A DNA stretch of 63,930 nucleotides, the filler included, from Thermodesulfobacteriota bacterium (GTDB taxonomy: Bacteria > DASVDK01): the NCBI GenBank assembly GCA_036381125.1. It is 5 parts of 5 records of this genome, joined end to end, with 100 filler letters (N's around TTAATTAATTAA, not from the genome) between each part and the next. Parts side by side here need not be neighbours in the genome. Positions count along the whole stretch, not along the records: positions 1 to 24,819 come from DASVDK010000062.1; positions 24,920 to 46,410 come from DASVDK010000066.1; 3 more parts are not named here. One strand, given 5' to 3'. This document shows positions 19,493 to 30,756 of the stretch, piece by piece. A program made the position numbers and the translations under genes. How positions within the stretch are numbered: the stretch's first letter is position 1; each line of letters begins with the position of its first letter. A model generated the notes under the pieces. It searched no databases. It saw only the letters and a list, made by a program, of their open reading frames with translations, and was not told where the DNA came from.

Positions 19493-20037
19493 CGGGCGGA
19501 GAGAAGGCGGACGGGCCGCTCACCCGGCGGCGGCTCTCGGAGCACTTTTTGCGCGTCTTCCACGAGGATCACCGCGCCCTGCGCGACGAACTGCTCGACC
19601 TCGTGGAGGCGCTCCGCGCGCGCGACGGGGCGGCGGTCCGGTCGCGGCTCGACCGGATCGCGGCCGACACCGGGCCCCACTTCCGTTACGAGGAGGAGGC
19701 GCTCTACCCGGCGCTCGTCGAGATCCTCGGGCCCGAGCCGATGGAGGACCTCTTCGGCGACCACGACCGGTTCATCGGCGTCGCGGGGAGCCTGGCCGCG
19801 CTCGCGGCCCGAAGCGTCCTCTCCGACGAGGACGCCGCCTACGGCATCCGCCTCGCCCGGAGCGTCCTCCCCCACGTGAGCCGCTGCGGCGGGCTCGCGA
19901 TCCTGGTGGAGGCCCTCTCGAACGAGACGGTGCGGGCCGTCCTGGGCGCCCGGGCGTACGCGCGCGCCGATGGGCTGGACCTGTTCGACTGGGCCATGCG
20001 GGTGCGGCGCCGGCCCCGCGTCGCGACGGCGGTGTAG
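19486..20037 (+). CDS. Hemerythrin-like domain protein between narG and narH
   Basis: Start overlaps the narG stop (ATG 19486 or GTG 19489); FHEDHRAL...[11 protein letters not shown]...DHDR...HVSRC. Confidence 0.75.
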   Translation: MVTGGEKADGPLTRRRLSEHFLRVFHEDHRALRDELLDLVEALRARDGAAVRSRLDRIAADTGPHFRYEEEALYPALVEILGPEPMEDLFGDHDRFIGVAGSLAALAARSVLSDEDAAYGIRLARSVLPHVSRCGGLAILVEALSNETVRAVLGARAYARADGLDLFDWAMRVRRRPRVATAV

Positions 20038-20078
20038 GGCGCGCCCGGGACCCGGTCACGGGCGGCAAGGAGGACGAC

Positions 20079-21580
<1,502 letters not shown>

Positions 21581-21587
<7 letters not shown>

Positions 21588-22138
21588 GGCGACGGCTCCT
21601 CGCGCTCTTCGCGGACATCCTCGACTACCCGGGCCCCGGGCTGGCGCGGGCGGTCGGCGCGTGCGAGGCGCTGGCGGCGTCGGCGAGCGCCGAGGCGGCG
21701 TCGCTCCTCGGCGCGTTCCGAACCTTCGTCGAGCAGACCCCCCTCGCCCGCCTCGAGGAGGTCTACACCGCCACGTTCGACCTCGACGCCGCCTGCCATC
21801 CCTACGTCGGCTACCACCTCTTCGGCGAGACCTACAAGCGGAGCGTCTTCCTCGTGGGGTTGCGCGAGCGCTACCGCGCGATCGGCTACCTGGACGGCGC
21901 GGAGCTGCCCGACCACGTCGCGGTCCTCCTCCGCTTCCTCGCGCTGACGGAGGACGCGGCGCAGGCCGAGGAGGTCGTGCAGGAGGCGCTCCTCCCGGCG
22001 CTCGAGCGGATGACCGCCGGGGCCGACGCGGGCCCGGAGGAGGCCGGGCACGAGCCGAAGCCGGCGCACTACCGGCCGGTCCTCCGCGCCCTGTACCTCG
22101 TCCTCGGAGGGGAGGCCGCGCGGGCCGCGGCCGTGTGA
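21581..22138 (+). CDS. narJ: Nitrate reductase molybdenum cofactor assembly chaperone
   Basis: LDYP, YTATFDL and ELPDHVAVLLRF motifs; operon position. Confidence 0.9.
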
Positions 22139-22180
22139 TCCGCGGAGCCCCACGGGCCCCGAGCCAAGGAGGCCGCACCC

Positions 22181-22861
22181 ATGGTCGACCTGCTCCTGTT
22201 CGCCGTGTTCCCCTACGTCGCCGCCGCGCTCGCCGTCGTCGGCGGGGTCTACCGGTACGCGAACGACCGCTTCTCGTTCTCGAGCCAGTCGTCGCAGTTC
22301 CTCGAGAACCGGGCCCTCTTCTGGGGCTCGGTGGCCTGGCACTACGGGGTGCTCGTCATCCTCCTCGCGCACCTCCTCGCGCTGCTCTTCCCGGGGGCAT
22401 GGGCGACCCTGATCGCGTCCCCCCTGCGCCTCTACGCGCTCGAGGTGACCGGCCTCGCCCTGGCGGTCGTGACGATCGCGGGGCTCGCGGCGTTGATCGT
22501 CCGGCGGCTCTCGAGCCCGCGCGCGGCGGCCGTGACGAGCCCGATGGACTGGGTCCTGCTCGCGGCCCTTCTCGCGCAGGTCGTGCTCGGCTTCTGGGTG
22601 GCCCTCTTCTACCGCTGGGGGTCCGACTGGTACCTGCACACGGCCGTCCCCTGGCTCGTGTCGCTCGTCACGTTCTCGCCCCGCATCCAGCACGTGGCGG
22701 CGCTGCCGTGGGTGGTGAAGCTGCACATGACCGGCGCGTTCGTCCTCCTCGCCCTCTTCCCGTTCACTCGCCTCGTCCACGTCGTCACGGTGCCGATCGC
22801 CTACCTCTGGCGACCCTACCAGGTGGCGATCTGGAACCGGCGCACCGCCGCCGGGCGATAG
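22181..22861 (+). CDS. narI: Respiratory nitrate reductase gamma subunit (cytochrome b)
   Basis: VFPYV, SSQSSQFLE, WHYG...AH, KLH and FPFTRLVH heme-b His ligands; five TM helices. Confidence 0.93.
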   Translation: MVDLLLFAVFPYVAAALAVVGGVYRYANDRFSFSSQSSQFLENRALFWGSVAWHYGVLVILLAHLLALLFPGAWATLIASPLRLYALEVTGLALAVVTIAGLAALIVRRLSSPRAAAVTSPMDWVLLAALLAQVVLGFWVALFYRWGSDWYLHTAVPWLVSLVTFSPRIQHVAALPWVVKLHMTGAFVLLALFPFTRLVHVVTVPIAYLWRPYQVAIWNRRTAAGR

Positions 22862-22865
22862 CGCC

Positions 22866-24062
22866 GTGGCCTCCCGACCGGCGAACCGCCAGCTCGCGCT
22901 GGCGACCGTCGCGTTCGGGGTCGCCTTCGCGGTGTGGGGCCTCCTCCCCGGGCTGATGCCGGTGCTCGGGGAGGCGTACCGCCGCGAGGAGGGGCATCGC
23001 CTCGGCGCCGCCGCGGCGGCGCTCGTGGTCGCGATCCCGGTCGTCCTCGGCTCGCTCGGCCGCATCCCGGCCGGCATGCTGGCGGACCGGTTCGGCGGCC
23101 GCCTCGTCTTCAGCGCCCTCCTGGTCCTGGTCGCCGTTCCCTGCTTCGCCCTCGCGCTCGACCACGACGACTACGACCGGCTCCTCGTTTTCGGGCTCTG
23201 GATCGGCCTCGCGGGGGCGGCGTTCGCGGTGGGCGTCGGCTTCGTCTCGGCCTGGTTCCCGCCCGACCGGCAGGGCGCGGCGCTCGGCGTCTACGGCACC
23301 GGCAACGTCGGCCAGTCGGCGGCGGTGTTCCTCGCGCCGCTCCTCGCGACGACGATCGGCCTCGCTGCGACGTTCGCGCTCTTCGGCGCCGCCGCGCTGG
23401 CGTACGGGATCGCCTTCGCCCTCCTCGCCCGCGACGCGGCACCCGCCCGGCGCCGCGAGCCGATGGTGGCCGGCCTCCGCGCGCTCCTGGCCGACCCGGC
23501 GGCCTGGCGGCTCTCGCTCTTCTACTTCCTGACGTTCGGCGGGTTCGTGGCGCTCGGCGTCTACCTGCCGACCCTCCTGCGGGAGACGTTCGGCCTCGCC
23601 CCGGTCGACGCCGGCGCGCGGACCGCCGGGTTCGTCCTCCTCGCCACGGCGGTCCGGCCGGTCGGGGGGTGTCTCGGCGACCGGGTCGGCGGGGAGCGCG
23701 TGCTCGCGGGCGTCTTCGCGGGGGTCGCCCTCCTCGCGTGGCTCCTCGTGCTCGACTCGATCTATCCGTTCACCGTCGGCGCGCTCGGCTCCGCCGCGCT
23801 CCTCGGCCTCGGCAACGGCGCCGTCTTCAAGCTCGTCGCGCAGCGCTTCCCGCAGCGGACCGGCACCGCCACGGGGCTCGTCGGCGCGGCCGGCGGCCTC
23901 GGCGGCTTCTTCCCGCCCCTCGCGCTCGGGCTCTTCAAGGACACGGTCGGCAGCTACGCGCCCGGGTTCGCCCTCCTCAGCGTCTTCGCCCTCGTCTGCG
24001 AGCTCGTGCTCGTGCGCACGGTCGCGCCCGACGTCTGGAAGCCGACGCGGGTCGCGTCCTGA
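22866..24062 (+). CDS. narK: NarK/NasA-family nitrate/nitrite MFS transporter
   Basis: GSLGRIPAGMLADRFGGR, WFPPDRQGAALG, YFLTFGGFVA, GLGNGAVFK, GAAGGLGGFFPP. Confidence 0.9.
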   Translation: MASRPANRQLALATVAFGVAFAVWGLLPGLMPVLGEAYRREEGHRLGAAAAALVVAIPVVLGSLGRIPAGMLADRFGGRLVFSALLVLVAVPCFALALDHDDYDRLLVFGLWIGLAGAAFAVGVGFVSAWFPPDRQGAALGVYGTGNVGQSAAVFLAPLLATTIGLAATFALFGAAALAYGIAFALLARDAAPARRREPMVAGLRALLADPAAWRLSLFYFLTFGGFVALGVYLPTLLRETFGLAPVDAGARTAGFVLLATAVRPVGGCLGDRVGGERVLAGVFAGVALLAWLLVLDSIYPFTVGALGSAALLGLGNGAVFKLVAQRFPQRTGTATGLVGAAGGLGGFFPPLALGLFKDTVGSYAPGFALLSVFALVCELVLVRTVAPDVWKPTRVAS

Positions 24063-24093
24063 TCCCCACCCTCCTCGACGCGATCGACGGGGG

Positions 24094-24819
24094 TCAGGTC
24101 TCGACCCGCCGACCCCCGTCACGCGGCGCGGGGCCGGCGCGGACCCGCTCGGCGAGCCGCTCGGTCTCGGGCAGCGGCGCGACGCCGAGCTCCTGCCGCA
24201 GGATCTCGCGGCAGGTCCGGTACTGGCGCAGCGCCTCGTCGCGCCGGCCGGCGCGCCAGAGCGCCTCCACGAGCCGCCGGTGGATCTCCTCCCGGATCGG
24301 GTCCACGCGGAGGGCGCGGCGGCAGCAGGCAATCGCCCGATCGAGGTCTCCCTCGCGCGCGTGGAGGCCTGCGAGCGCGGTCAGCACGTCGAGCAGGAGC
24401 TCGCGCAGGTGCTCCCGCTCGAGGCTGCACCAGTCCGCGTCCGGCTCCCCCTCGAGGAGGTCTCCCCGGTAGAGGTCGGCCGCCGTCTCGTACGCGCCGA
24501 TCGCCTCCGCGATCGCCCCCGACCGCTCGGCGCGCCGGCCTGCCGCCACGGCCGCGCCGAACGCCCGCACGTCGACCCAGCAGGCGTCCCCGACGTCGAG
24601 GCGATACGCGTCGGGGGTGCGGCGGACGACCGACGCGTCGAGGACGCGGCGCAGGGCGTGGACGACGACGTGCAGCCGGCCGGCCGCGAGCGCGGGGGCC
24701 GCCCCCGGCCAGAGGATCGCCTGAAGCGTGTCGCAGGGGACCGGTCGGCCGGCGTTGACGAGGAGGACCTTGAGCAGCGTGAGCGCCTTTCGGCGGCCGA
24801 CCATCTCCGGCGTCACGAG
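24094..24819 (-). CDS. SARP/BTAD-domain transcriptional regulator (5' partial)
   Basis: Winged-helix end (LWP...LHVVVHALRRVL), WVDV, LYRGDLL, DPIREEIHRRL, LRQELGVAPLPET; frame open to the contig end. Confidence 0.88.
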   Translation of the reverse strand, partial: LVTPEMVGRRKALTLLKVLLVNAGRPVPCDTLQAILWPGAAPALAAGRLHVVVHALRRVLDASVVRRTPDAYRLDVGDACWVDVRAFGAAVAAGRRAERSGAIAEAIGAYETAADLYRGDLLEGEPDADWCSLEREHLRELLLDVLTALAGLHAREGDLDRAIACCRRALRVDPIREEIHRRLVEALWRAGRRDEALRQYRTCREILRQELGVAPLPETERLAERVRAGPAPRDGGRRVET

Positions 24820-24919
24820 NNNNNNNNNNNNNNNNNNNNNNNNNNNNNNNNNNNNNNNNNNNNTTAATTAATTAANNNNNNNNNNNNNNNNNNNNNNNNN
24901 NNNNNNNNNNNNNNNNNNN
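24820..24919. other. Artificial contig linker
   Basis: N-run, TTAATTAATTAA (stops in all six frames), N-run. Confidence 0.98.
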
Positions 24920-25016
24920 CGGCCGCGCGCGTACGCTGCACCCGGTCGGCGACGTGCCGGATCCGGTCGATCGTGGCGACCGATGTGCCGCCGTACTTCT
25001 GGACGATGAGCGACAA
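24920..25016 (-). CDS. lysC: Aspartate kinase N-terminus (3' partial; absent from the ORF track)
   Basis: TTG at 25016 reads (M)SLIVQKYGGTSVATIDRIRHVADRV, the aspartokinase KxGGTSV signature. Confidence 0.88.
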
Positions 25017-25158
25017 GGGTGTCCGACTCCGAGGGGGTCTCCGAAGACGCGCAATCCGAAAGGGTTGCGTACCCGACCTGGCGTGTCAAGCGCTGCTTCG
25101 CCGTGCTGGCTCGCCGCGCCTGTTCGGCGCCCGGCCCGGGTGGTAGGCTTGAGCCCTC

Positions 25159-27063
25159 GTGAGTGAAGCCGTCGCCCCGTCGCGGGCGGCCGCGCCCCGC
25201 GGCGCGGCCGCCCTGCCTCTCACGCTCGCCGCGCTCGGGATCGTCTACGGCGACATCGGCACGAGCCCTCTTTACGCCCTCCGGGAGGCCTTCAGCGGCC
25301 GGTACGGCATCGAGGCTTCCCGGGCGCACGTCCTCGGGGTCCTCTCGCTCGTCTTCTGGGCGCTTGCCGCGGTCGTCACCGTGAAGTACCTCGGCTTCAT
25401 CATGAGGGCCGACAATCGGGGCGAGGGGGGGATCTTCGCCCTTCTGGCCCTCGTGCCGCGAGTCGCCGAGCGCGGGCCGTCGGGCCGGGCGAGGGCGCTC
25501 GTGCTGCTCGCCCTGTTCGGCGCGGCCCTCCTCTACGGCGACGGCGCGATCACGCCCGCCATCTCCGTCCTGTCCGCGGTCGAGGGGCTCCAGGTCGGCA
25601 TGGACGCCTCCCAGCCGGCCGTCATCGCGCTCACCGTGGCGATCCTCGTCGGGCTGTTCCTCGTCCAGCGGCGGGGCACCGCCGGCATCGGCCGGGTCTT
25701 CGGCCCGATCATGCTCGTCTGGTTCACGGCGATCGGACTCCTCGGTCTCGTCCAGGTCGCGCGCGAACCGTCGGTCCTCGCGGCGCTGAACCCGCTCTAC
25801 GGCGTCGAGCTGTTCGTCGAGCGGCCGTTTCGCACCTTCGCCCTCCTCGGCGCGGTCGTGCTCGTCGTCACGGGAAGCGAGGCGCTCTACGCCGACATGG
25901 GGCACTTCGGGCGCCGCCCGATCCGGCTCGGTTGGCTCGGCCTCGTCTGGCCGGCCCTCGTCCTGAACTACTTCGGCCAGGGGGCGCTCCTCCTCGAGTC
26001 GCCCGGCGCCGCGGTGAGCCCGTTCTACGCGCTCGTGCCCAGGCCGCTGCTCTACCCGATGGTCGGCCTCGCGACGGCGGCCACGATCATCGCCTCGCAG
26101 GCGCTCATCTCGGGGGCGTTCTCGCTCGCACGCCAGGCGGTCCAGCTCGGCTACTGGCCACGCGTGACGATCGTCCACACCTCCGAGTCGGCCGAGGGGC
26201 AGATCTACATCCCCGAGGTCAACTACGGGCTCATGGTGGCCTGCATCTGGCTCGTGCTCGAGTTCCAGGAGTCTGGCGCCCTGGCCGCGGCCTACGGCCT
26301 CGCCGTGACCGGCACCATGACCATCACGTCGATCGTCTACTTCGTCGTGCTGACGCAGGCGTGGCGCTGGCCCCCCTGGCGCGCCGGCCTGCTCGTGGCC
26401 GGGTTCCTCGCCTTCGACCTTCCGTTCCTCGGCTCGGCCCTGCTCAAGTTCACCGAGGGGGGCTGGTTCCCCGTGGCGGTCGGCGCCGCCGTCTTCGCCG
26501 TGATGCTCACCTGGAAGGACGGGCGTGCGGTGCTCGCGCGGCAGATGCAGGAGCGCACGATGCCGATGGACCTCCTCCTCGAGGACGTGGCCAGGCGAAG
26601 GCTGCCGCGGGTCCCCGGGACCGCGGTCTTCATGGCGTCCGATCCCCGGGGCGCGCCGGTCGCCCTCCTCCACCACCTCAAGCACGACAAGGTGCTCCAC
26701 GAGCAGGTCGTGCTGCTGTCGATCGTGCCGAAGGACGTACCGCGCGTCCCGGCCGACGAGCGGCTCGCCATCGAGCGCCTCGGCGAAGGCTTCTGGCGCG
26801 TCGTCGCCCGCTACGGCTTCATGGAGACGCCGAACGTGCCGGAGATCCTCGGCCGCTGCCTCGGGCACGGCCTCTCGACCGATCCGATGACGACGACCTT
26901 CTACCTCTCCCGCGAGACCCTCCTCACCCACGGCCGCTCCGGCATGATGCGCTGGCGCAAGGCGCTCTTCGCCTTCCTCTCGCGCAACGCCCGCCCGGCC
27001 ACCGCCTACTTCGGGATCCCCCCCGGCCGCGTGGTGGAGCTGGGGATGCAGGTCGAGATCTAG
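25159..27063 (+). CDS. kup: Kup/HAK/KT potassium transporter
   Basis: GIVYGDIGTSPLYA, ADNRGEGG, YGDGAITPAISVLSAVEG, EALYADMGHFG, GQIYIPEVN. Confidence 0.96.
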   Translation: MSEAVAPSRAAAPRGAAALPLTLAALGIVYGDIGTSPLYALREAFSGRYGIEASRAHVLGVLSLVFWALAAVVTVKYLGFIMRADNRGEGGIFALLALVPRVAERGPSGRARALVLLALFGAALLYGDGAITPAISVLSAVEGLQVGMDASQPAVIALTVAILVGLFLVQRRGTAGIGRVFGPIMLVWFTAIGLLGLVQVAREPSVLAALNPLYGVELFVERPFRTFALLGAVVLVVTGSEALYADMGHFGRRPIRLGWLGLVWPALVLNYFGQGALLLESPGAAVSPFYALVPRPLLYPMVGLATAATIIASQALISGAFSLARQAVQLGYWPRVTIVHTSESAEGQIYIPEVNYGLMVACIWLVLEFQESGALAAAYGLAVTGTMTITSIVYFVVLTQAWRWPPWRAGLLVAGFLAFDLPFLGSALLKFTEGGWFPVAVGAAVFAVMLTWKDGRAVLARQMQERTMPMDLLLEDVARRRLPRVPGTAVFMASDPRGAPVALLHHLKHDKVLHEQVVLLSIVPKDVPRVPADERLAIERLGEGFWRVVARYGFMETPNVPEILGRCLGHGLSTDPMTTTFYLSRETLLTHGRSGMMRWRKALFAFLSRNARPATAYFGIPPGRVVELGMQVEI

Positions 27064-27176
27064 CGCCGGCGGGCCGCTCGAGCCCTCCCCCCGGGGCGGT
27101 GCGGATGCCTTACGGCCTTACCCGGTGGCAGCCGCGGGCGAGGTGCAGGCCTCGCGGTGCCTGCCAGGGATCGGGG

Positions 27177-27539
27177 CTAGGCCTCCGGCGGCGGCGTGGG
27201 CCTGCCGAACGCCATCCGCGCCACCCGCGCGATCGCCATGACGATGCCGTAGGTGCAGCCCCACACGAGGAGCCGCTCGCCGAGCGGCATGGGCTTGTCG
27301 AGCGTCGGTAGCAGGGCGATCAGCGCGGCGGCCGCGGAGAGGACCGGGCCGGCCCAGAGGGCGTGCAGGAGGCCGCGCAGGTCGCGGCCCGGCGCGGTCC
27401 AGGCGAGGGCGGCTGCGGCGAGGCCGGCGAGGACGGCCCAGTTGACCGCGTCGCCGGGACGCCCGAAGAGGCGCGACCAGCCGAAGGCTGCCGCGGCCGG
27501 CACCGCGACGGCGACGAGGAACCGGGCGAGTGCGGCCAC
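27177..27539 (-). CDS. Hypothetical membrane protein (about 4 TM)
   Basis: 120-aa hydrophobic ORF starting 4 bp after the tsaE stop. Confidence 0.55.
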   Translation of the reverse strand: MAALARFLVAVAVPAAAAFGWSRLFGRPGDAVNWAVLAGLAAAALAWTAPGRDLRGLLHALWAGPVLSAAAALIALLPTLDKPMPLGERLLVWGCTYGIVMAIARVARMAFGRPTPPPEA

Positions 27540-27543
27540 GGCG

Positions 27544-28011
27544 TCAGGCGGCGAGGGCCGCGAGGCGGGCCGCCGACCTGGGGCCGCGCGCGACGAGACC
27601 GATCCGCCGCTCCCCCTCCCCTTCCCCTTCGATGGTCACCTCGATCCGGTCGGCCGGCAGGAGCGACGGCGCGCGCTCCGCCCACTCGACCGCGAGGACG
27701 GCGTCGTCGGCGATCTCCTCGAGGCCGAGGTCGTAGGCGGCCGAGGCCTCGTCGAGGCGGAAGAGGTCGGCGTGGACGACCGGGACGCGGCCGCCGTACC
27801 GGGCGACCAGGGCGAAGGTGGGCGAGGAGACCTCGCCCGGGTCGCCCCCCGCGCCGCCGACGAGGCCACGGACGAACTCCGTCTTGCCGGCTCCGAGCGG
27901 CCCGTGGAGGGCCACGGCGTCGCCCGGCTCGAGCAGCGCCCCGAGCCGGCGCCCCACCTCGCGCGTCGACGCGGCGGTCGGCGCGGTGACCTGCCGCCGC
28001 TCGCCGCTCAC
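27544..28011 (-). CDS. tsaE: tRNA threonylcarbamoyladenosine biosynthesis ATPase
   Basis: GPLGAGKT, VSSPTFAL, HADLFRL and VEWAE; GTGA overlap with the nnr stop. Confidence 0.92.
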   Translation of the reverse strand: MSGERRQVTAPTAASTREVGRRLGALLEPGDAVALHGPLGAGKTEFVRGLVGGAGGDPGEVSSPTFALVARYGGRVPVVHADLFRLDEASAAYDLGLEEIADDAVLAVEWAERAPSLLPADRIEVTIEGEGEGERRIGLVARGPRSAARLAALAA

Positions 28012-29579
28012 GCGGCCTTCGGCGCGAGGGCGGCGAGCACCCGCGGGAGCCTCCCTGCCAGGTCGGTGGCGAGGAGACCGGCCGGGCCGACCTCCTCGGC
28101 CCCGAGGTCGCCGGCCGCCCCGTGCAGGTAGGCGCCGAGCTCCGCCGCCGACGCGGCGTCGAGGCCCTGCCCCAGCAGGGCGCCGATCACGCCCGAGAGG
28201 ACGTCCCCCATGCCGCCGGAGGCCATCGCCGGGTTGCCGGTCGAGTTCACGGCCAGCGCGCCGTCCGGCCTGGCGACCAGGGTCCGGTGCCCCTTGAGGA
28301 GCGCGATTGCCCCGGACAGCCTGGCGGCTTCGCGGGCCGCCGCCGGCCGGTCGGCCTCGACCTCGCGCGTCGTCCGGCCGAGGAGCCGGCCCATCTCGCC
28401 CGGGTGGGGGGTGAGGACCCGCGGGCCGGCGGCACCCTTGAGCGCCGCGAGCCCCTCGGCCCCGCCGAGCGCGTTGAGGCCGTCGGCGTCGAGGAGCAGC
28501 GGCCGCTCGACCCGGCGCGCGAGCTCGCGGACCACCGTCACGGCCCCGGGCCGCGTGGTGAGGCCCGGGCCGAGGACGACGGCGTCGCGCGCCGCGGCCA
28601 GCTCGACGAGGAGCGGGAGGGCCGACGCGTCGAGGGCGCCGTCGGGCCCCTCGGGCAGCGGCCGGACCATCGCCTCCCAGAGCTTGGTCTCGAGCGCCGG
28701 CCTGAGCGAGGCGGGCGCCGCCACGGTCACGAGCCCCGCCCCGGCCCGGAGGGCGCCGAGCGCCGCCAGGGCCGCGGCGCCGGCCGTCCCCTGCGCCCCC
28801 GCCACGACGAGGACGTGTCCGTACGTCCCCTTGTGCCCGGCCGGGTCGCGCGGCAGGAGCCTCGCCAGCGCCGGCGCGACCTCGTCCCGGTCGAGGAGCC
28901 GGTCGCCGGGCGCCGCGTCGAGGAGCGCCCTGGGATGGCCGATGTCGACGACCTCTACCCGACCGGCCAGCGACGCGCCCGGATCGAGGGCGAGGCCGAG
29001 CTTGGCGAGGCCGAACGTCACCGTGAGCCGGGCCCGCACGGCGACGCCGAGAACCGCGCCGGTGCCGGCATGGACGCCGGAGGGGAGGTCGAGGGCGACG
29101 ACCGGTGCGCCGCAGCCGTTCAGCCACTCGACCGCGCGGCGGTGGACCCCTTCGAGGGGGCGCGCAAGCCCCGTCCCGAAGAGGGCGTCCACCGCGAGGT
29201 CGACCGCCGGCGGGAGCGCCGCGACGAGGGCCGCCTCGTCCGGCGCCTCGGCGAGGAGCCCGGGAGCGGCCGCCTCGAGCGCCGCGAGGGCCCGAGCGGC
29301 GTCCCCCCTGACCTGGTCGCGACGGCCGACGAGGAGCGGCCGCACCGAGCGGGCGCCCGCGGACACCAGGTGGCGGGCCACGACGAAGCCGTCGCCGCCG
29401 TTGTTGCCGGGGCCGCAGAGGAGCGCCACCCGCCCGGCCCACTCCGAGGCGAAGCGCCGGCAGATCGCCTCGAACGCGGCGCGCCCCGCCCGCTCCATGA
29501 GTTCGGGCGTGGCGGGCCCGCCGGCGGCCGCCGACTCCCGGTCGAGCCGCAGCATCGTCTCGGGTGCGACGAGCTTCAT
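28008..29579 (-). CDS. nnr: Bifunctional NAD(P)H-hydrate epimerase/dehydratase
   Basis: CGPGNNGGDG, DALFGTG, HKGTYG, LTPHPGEM, MASGGMGDVLSG. Confidence 0.94.
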   Translation of the reverse strand: MKLVAPETMLRLDRESAAAGGPATPELMERAGRAAFEAICRRFASEWAGRVALLCGPGNNGGDGFVVARHLVSAGARSVRPLLVGRRDQVRGDAARALAALEAAAPGLLAEAPDEAALVAALPPAVDLAVDALFGTGLARPLEGVHRRAVEWLNGCGAPVVALDLPSGVHAGTGAVLGVAVRARLTVTFGLAKLGLALDPGASLAGRVEVVDIGHPRALLDAAPGDRLLDRDEVAPALARLLPRDPAGHKGTYGHVLVVAGAQGTAGAAALAALGALRAGAGLVTVAAPASLRPALETKLWEAMVRPLPEGPDGALDASALPLLVELAAARDAVVLGPGLTTRPGAVTVVRELARRVERPLLLDADGLNALGGAEGLAALKGAAGPRVLTPHPGEMGRLLGRTTREVEADRPAAAREAARLSGAIALLKGHRTLVARPDGALAVNSTGNPAMASGGMGDVLSGVIGALLGQGLDAASAAELGAYLHGAAGDLGAEEVGPAGLLATDLAGRLPRVLAALAPKAA

Positions 29580-29637
29580 CCGCGGGGGCCCTCGAGGACG
29601 CCCCGGGGAGCCTTCGACAGCGATCGCAGCAGAGCCG

Positions 29638-30018
29638 TCATGGGCCCTCGAGGACCACGACGGCGACCGCGTAGGCGTCGTCGTGGGACAGGGAGACGTG
29701 GGTGCGGACGACGCCGCGCGCGTCGGCCGAGCGACGGGCGGCCCCCTCGACGGCGAGTACCGGCCGGCCGGAGGCCTCGCGGGCGACCGACACGTCGCGC
29801 CACCGCATGCCGGCGCCGACGCCGATGCCGAGCGCCTTGGCGAAGGCCTCCTTGGCCGCGAACCGTGCGGCGAAGGCGATGCCCGGCCGCCGCTGGGTGC
29901 GGCAGTAGGCCGACTCCTCGGCGGTGAAGATCCGCCGCTCGAACCGGTCGCCGTGCGCCGTGAAGGCCGCCTCGAGCCGCTCGACCGACGCGAGGTCGAC
30001 CCCGACCCCGATGATCAC
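29638..30018 (-). CDS. acpS: Holo-ACP synthase
   Basis: [27 protein letters not shown]. Confidence 0.95.
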   Translation of the reverse strand: MIIGVGVDLASVERLEAAFTAHGDRFERRIFTAEESAYCRTQRRPGIAFAARFAAKEAFAKALGIGVGAGMRWRDVSVAREASGRPVLAVEGAARRSADARGVVRTHVSLSHDDAYAVAVVVLEGP

Positions 30019-30746
30019 CGCCGGTCCACGACGATCAGCGCCTTCATCTCCCGCACCGCCTCGGCCATGCCGACGAGGAGGGCCCGCGCGACGATGTTGT
30101 GGCCGATCGCGAAGGTCTCCAGCTCCGGGATGGCGGCGATCCGGCCGACGTTGCGGTAGGTGAGGCCGTGGCCCACGTTCACCCGCAGGCCGGCGGCGCG
30201 GGCGAAGGCCGCGCCGCTGGCGATGACCGAGGCCTCGCGCTCGAGGCCGGCCTCGGTCCGCTCGTGCGCGTAGCGCCCGGTGTGCAGCTCCACGAACCGC
30301 GCCCCGGTGCGCGCCGCCGCCTCGAGCTGCGCCCGGTCGGCGTCGACGAAGAGCGAGACCGGGATGCCGGCCGCCGAGAGCGTCTCGACGGTGTCGCGCA
30401 GCGCCGCCTCGTTGCGGATCACGTCGAGCCCCCCCTCGGTCGTCAGCTCCTCGCGCCGTTCCGGCACCAGGGTCACCAGGTCGGGGCGAAGCTGGCGCGC
30501 GATGCCGACCATCTCGTCGGTGCCGGCCATCTCGAGGTTCAGCTCGACCCGCACGGTTTCCCTGAGGATCCGCACGTCGCGGTCCTGGATGTGGCGCCGG
30601 TCCTCGCGCAGGTGCACCGTGATGCCGTCGGCGCCGCCGAGCTCGGCGGCAACGGCCGCGTGGACGGGGTCGGGCTCCACGTCGCGCCGCGCCTGGCGCA
30701 CGGTGGCGACGTGGTCGATGTTGACGCTGAGACGCCGATGGGTCAT
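30015..30746 (-). CDS. pdxJ: Pyridoxine 5'-phosphate synthase
   Basis: [34 protein letters not shown]. Confidence 0.96.
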   Translation of the reverse strand: MTHRRLSVNIDHVATVRQARRDVEPDPVHAAVAAELGGADGITVHLREDRRHIQDRDVRILRETVRVELNLEMAGTDEMVGIARQLRPDLVTLVPERREELTTEGGLDVIRNEAALRDTVETLSAAGIPVSLFVDADRAQLEAAARTGARFVELHTGRYAHERTEAGLEREASVIASGAAFARAAGLRVNVGHGLTYRNVGRIAAIPELETFAIGHNIVARALLVGMAEAVREMKALIVVDRR

Positions 30747-30756
30747 GCGAATGCCC

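Noticed and set aside
25017-25158. c-di-AMP (ydaO) riboswitch before kup, or lysine riboswitch before lysC
   Set aside because: Conserved core motifs not seen and the gap is short; kup appears to have a -10 box just before its start.
27108-27123. CCTTAC direct repeat after kup as a regulator site
   Set aside because: 8-bp spacing, located between convergent gene ends, and too short to distinguish from chance.
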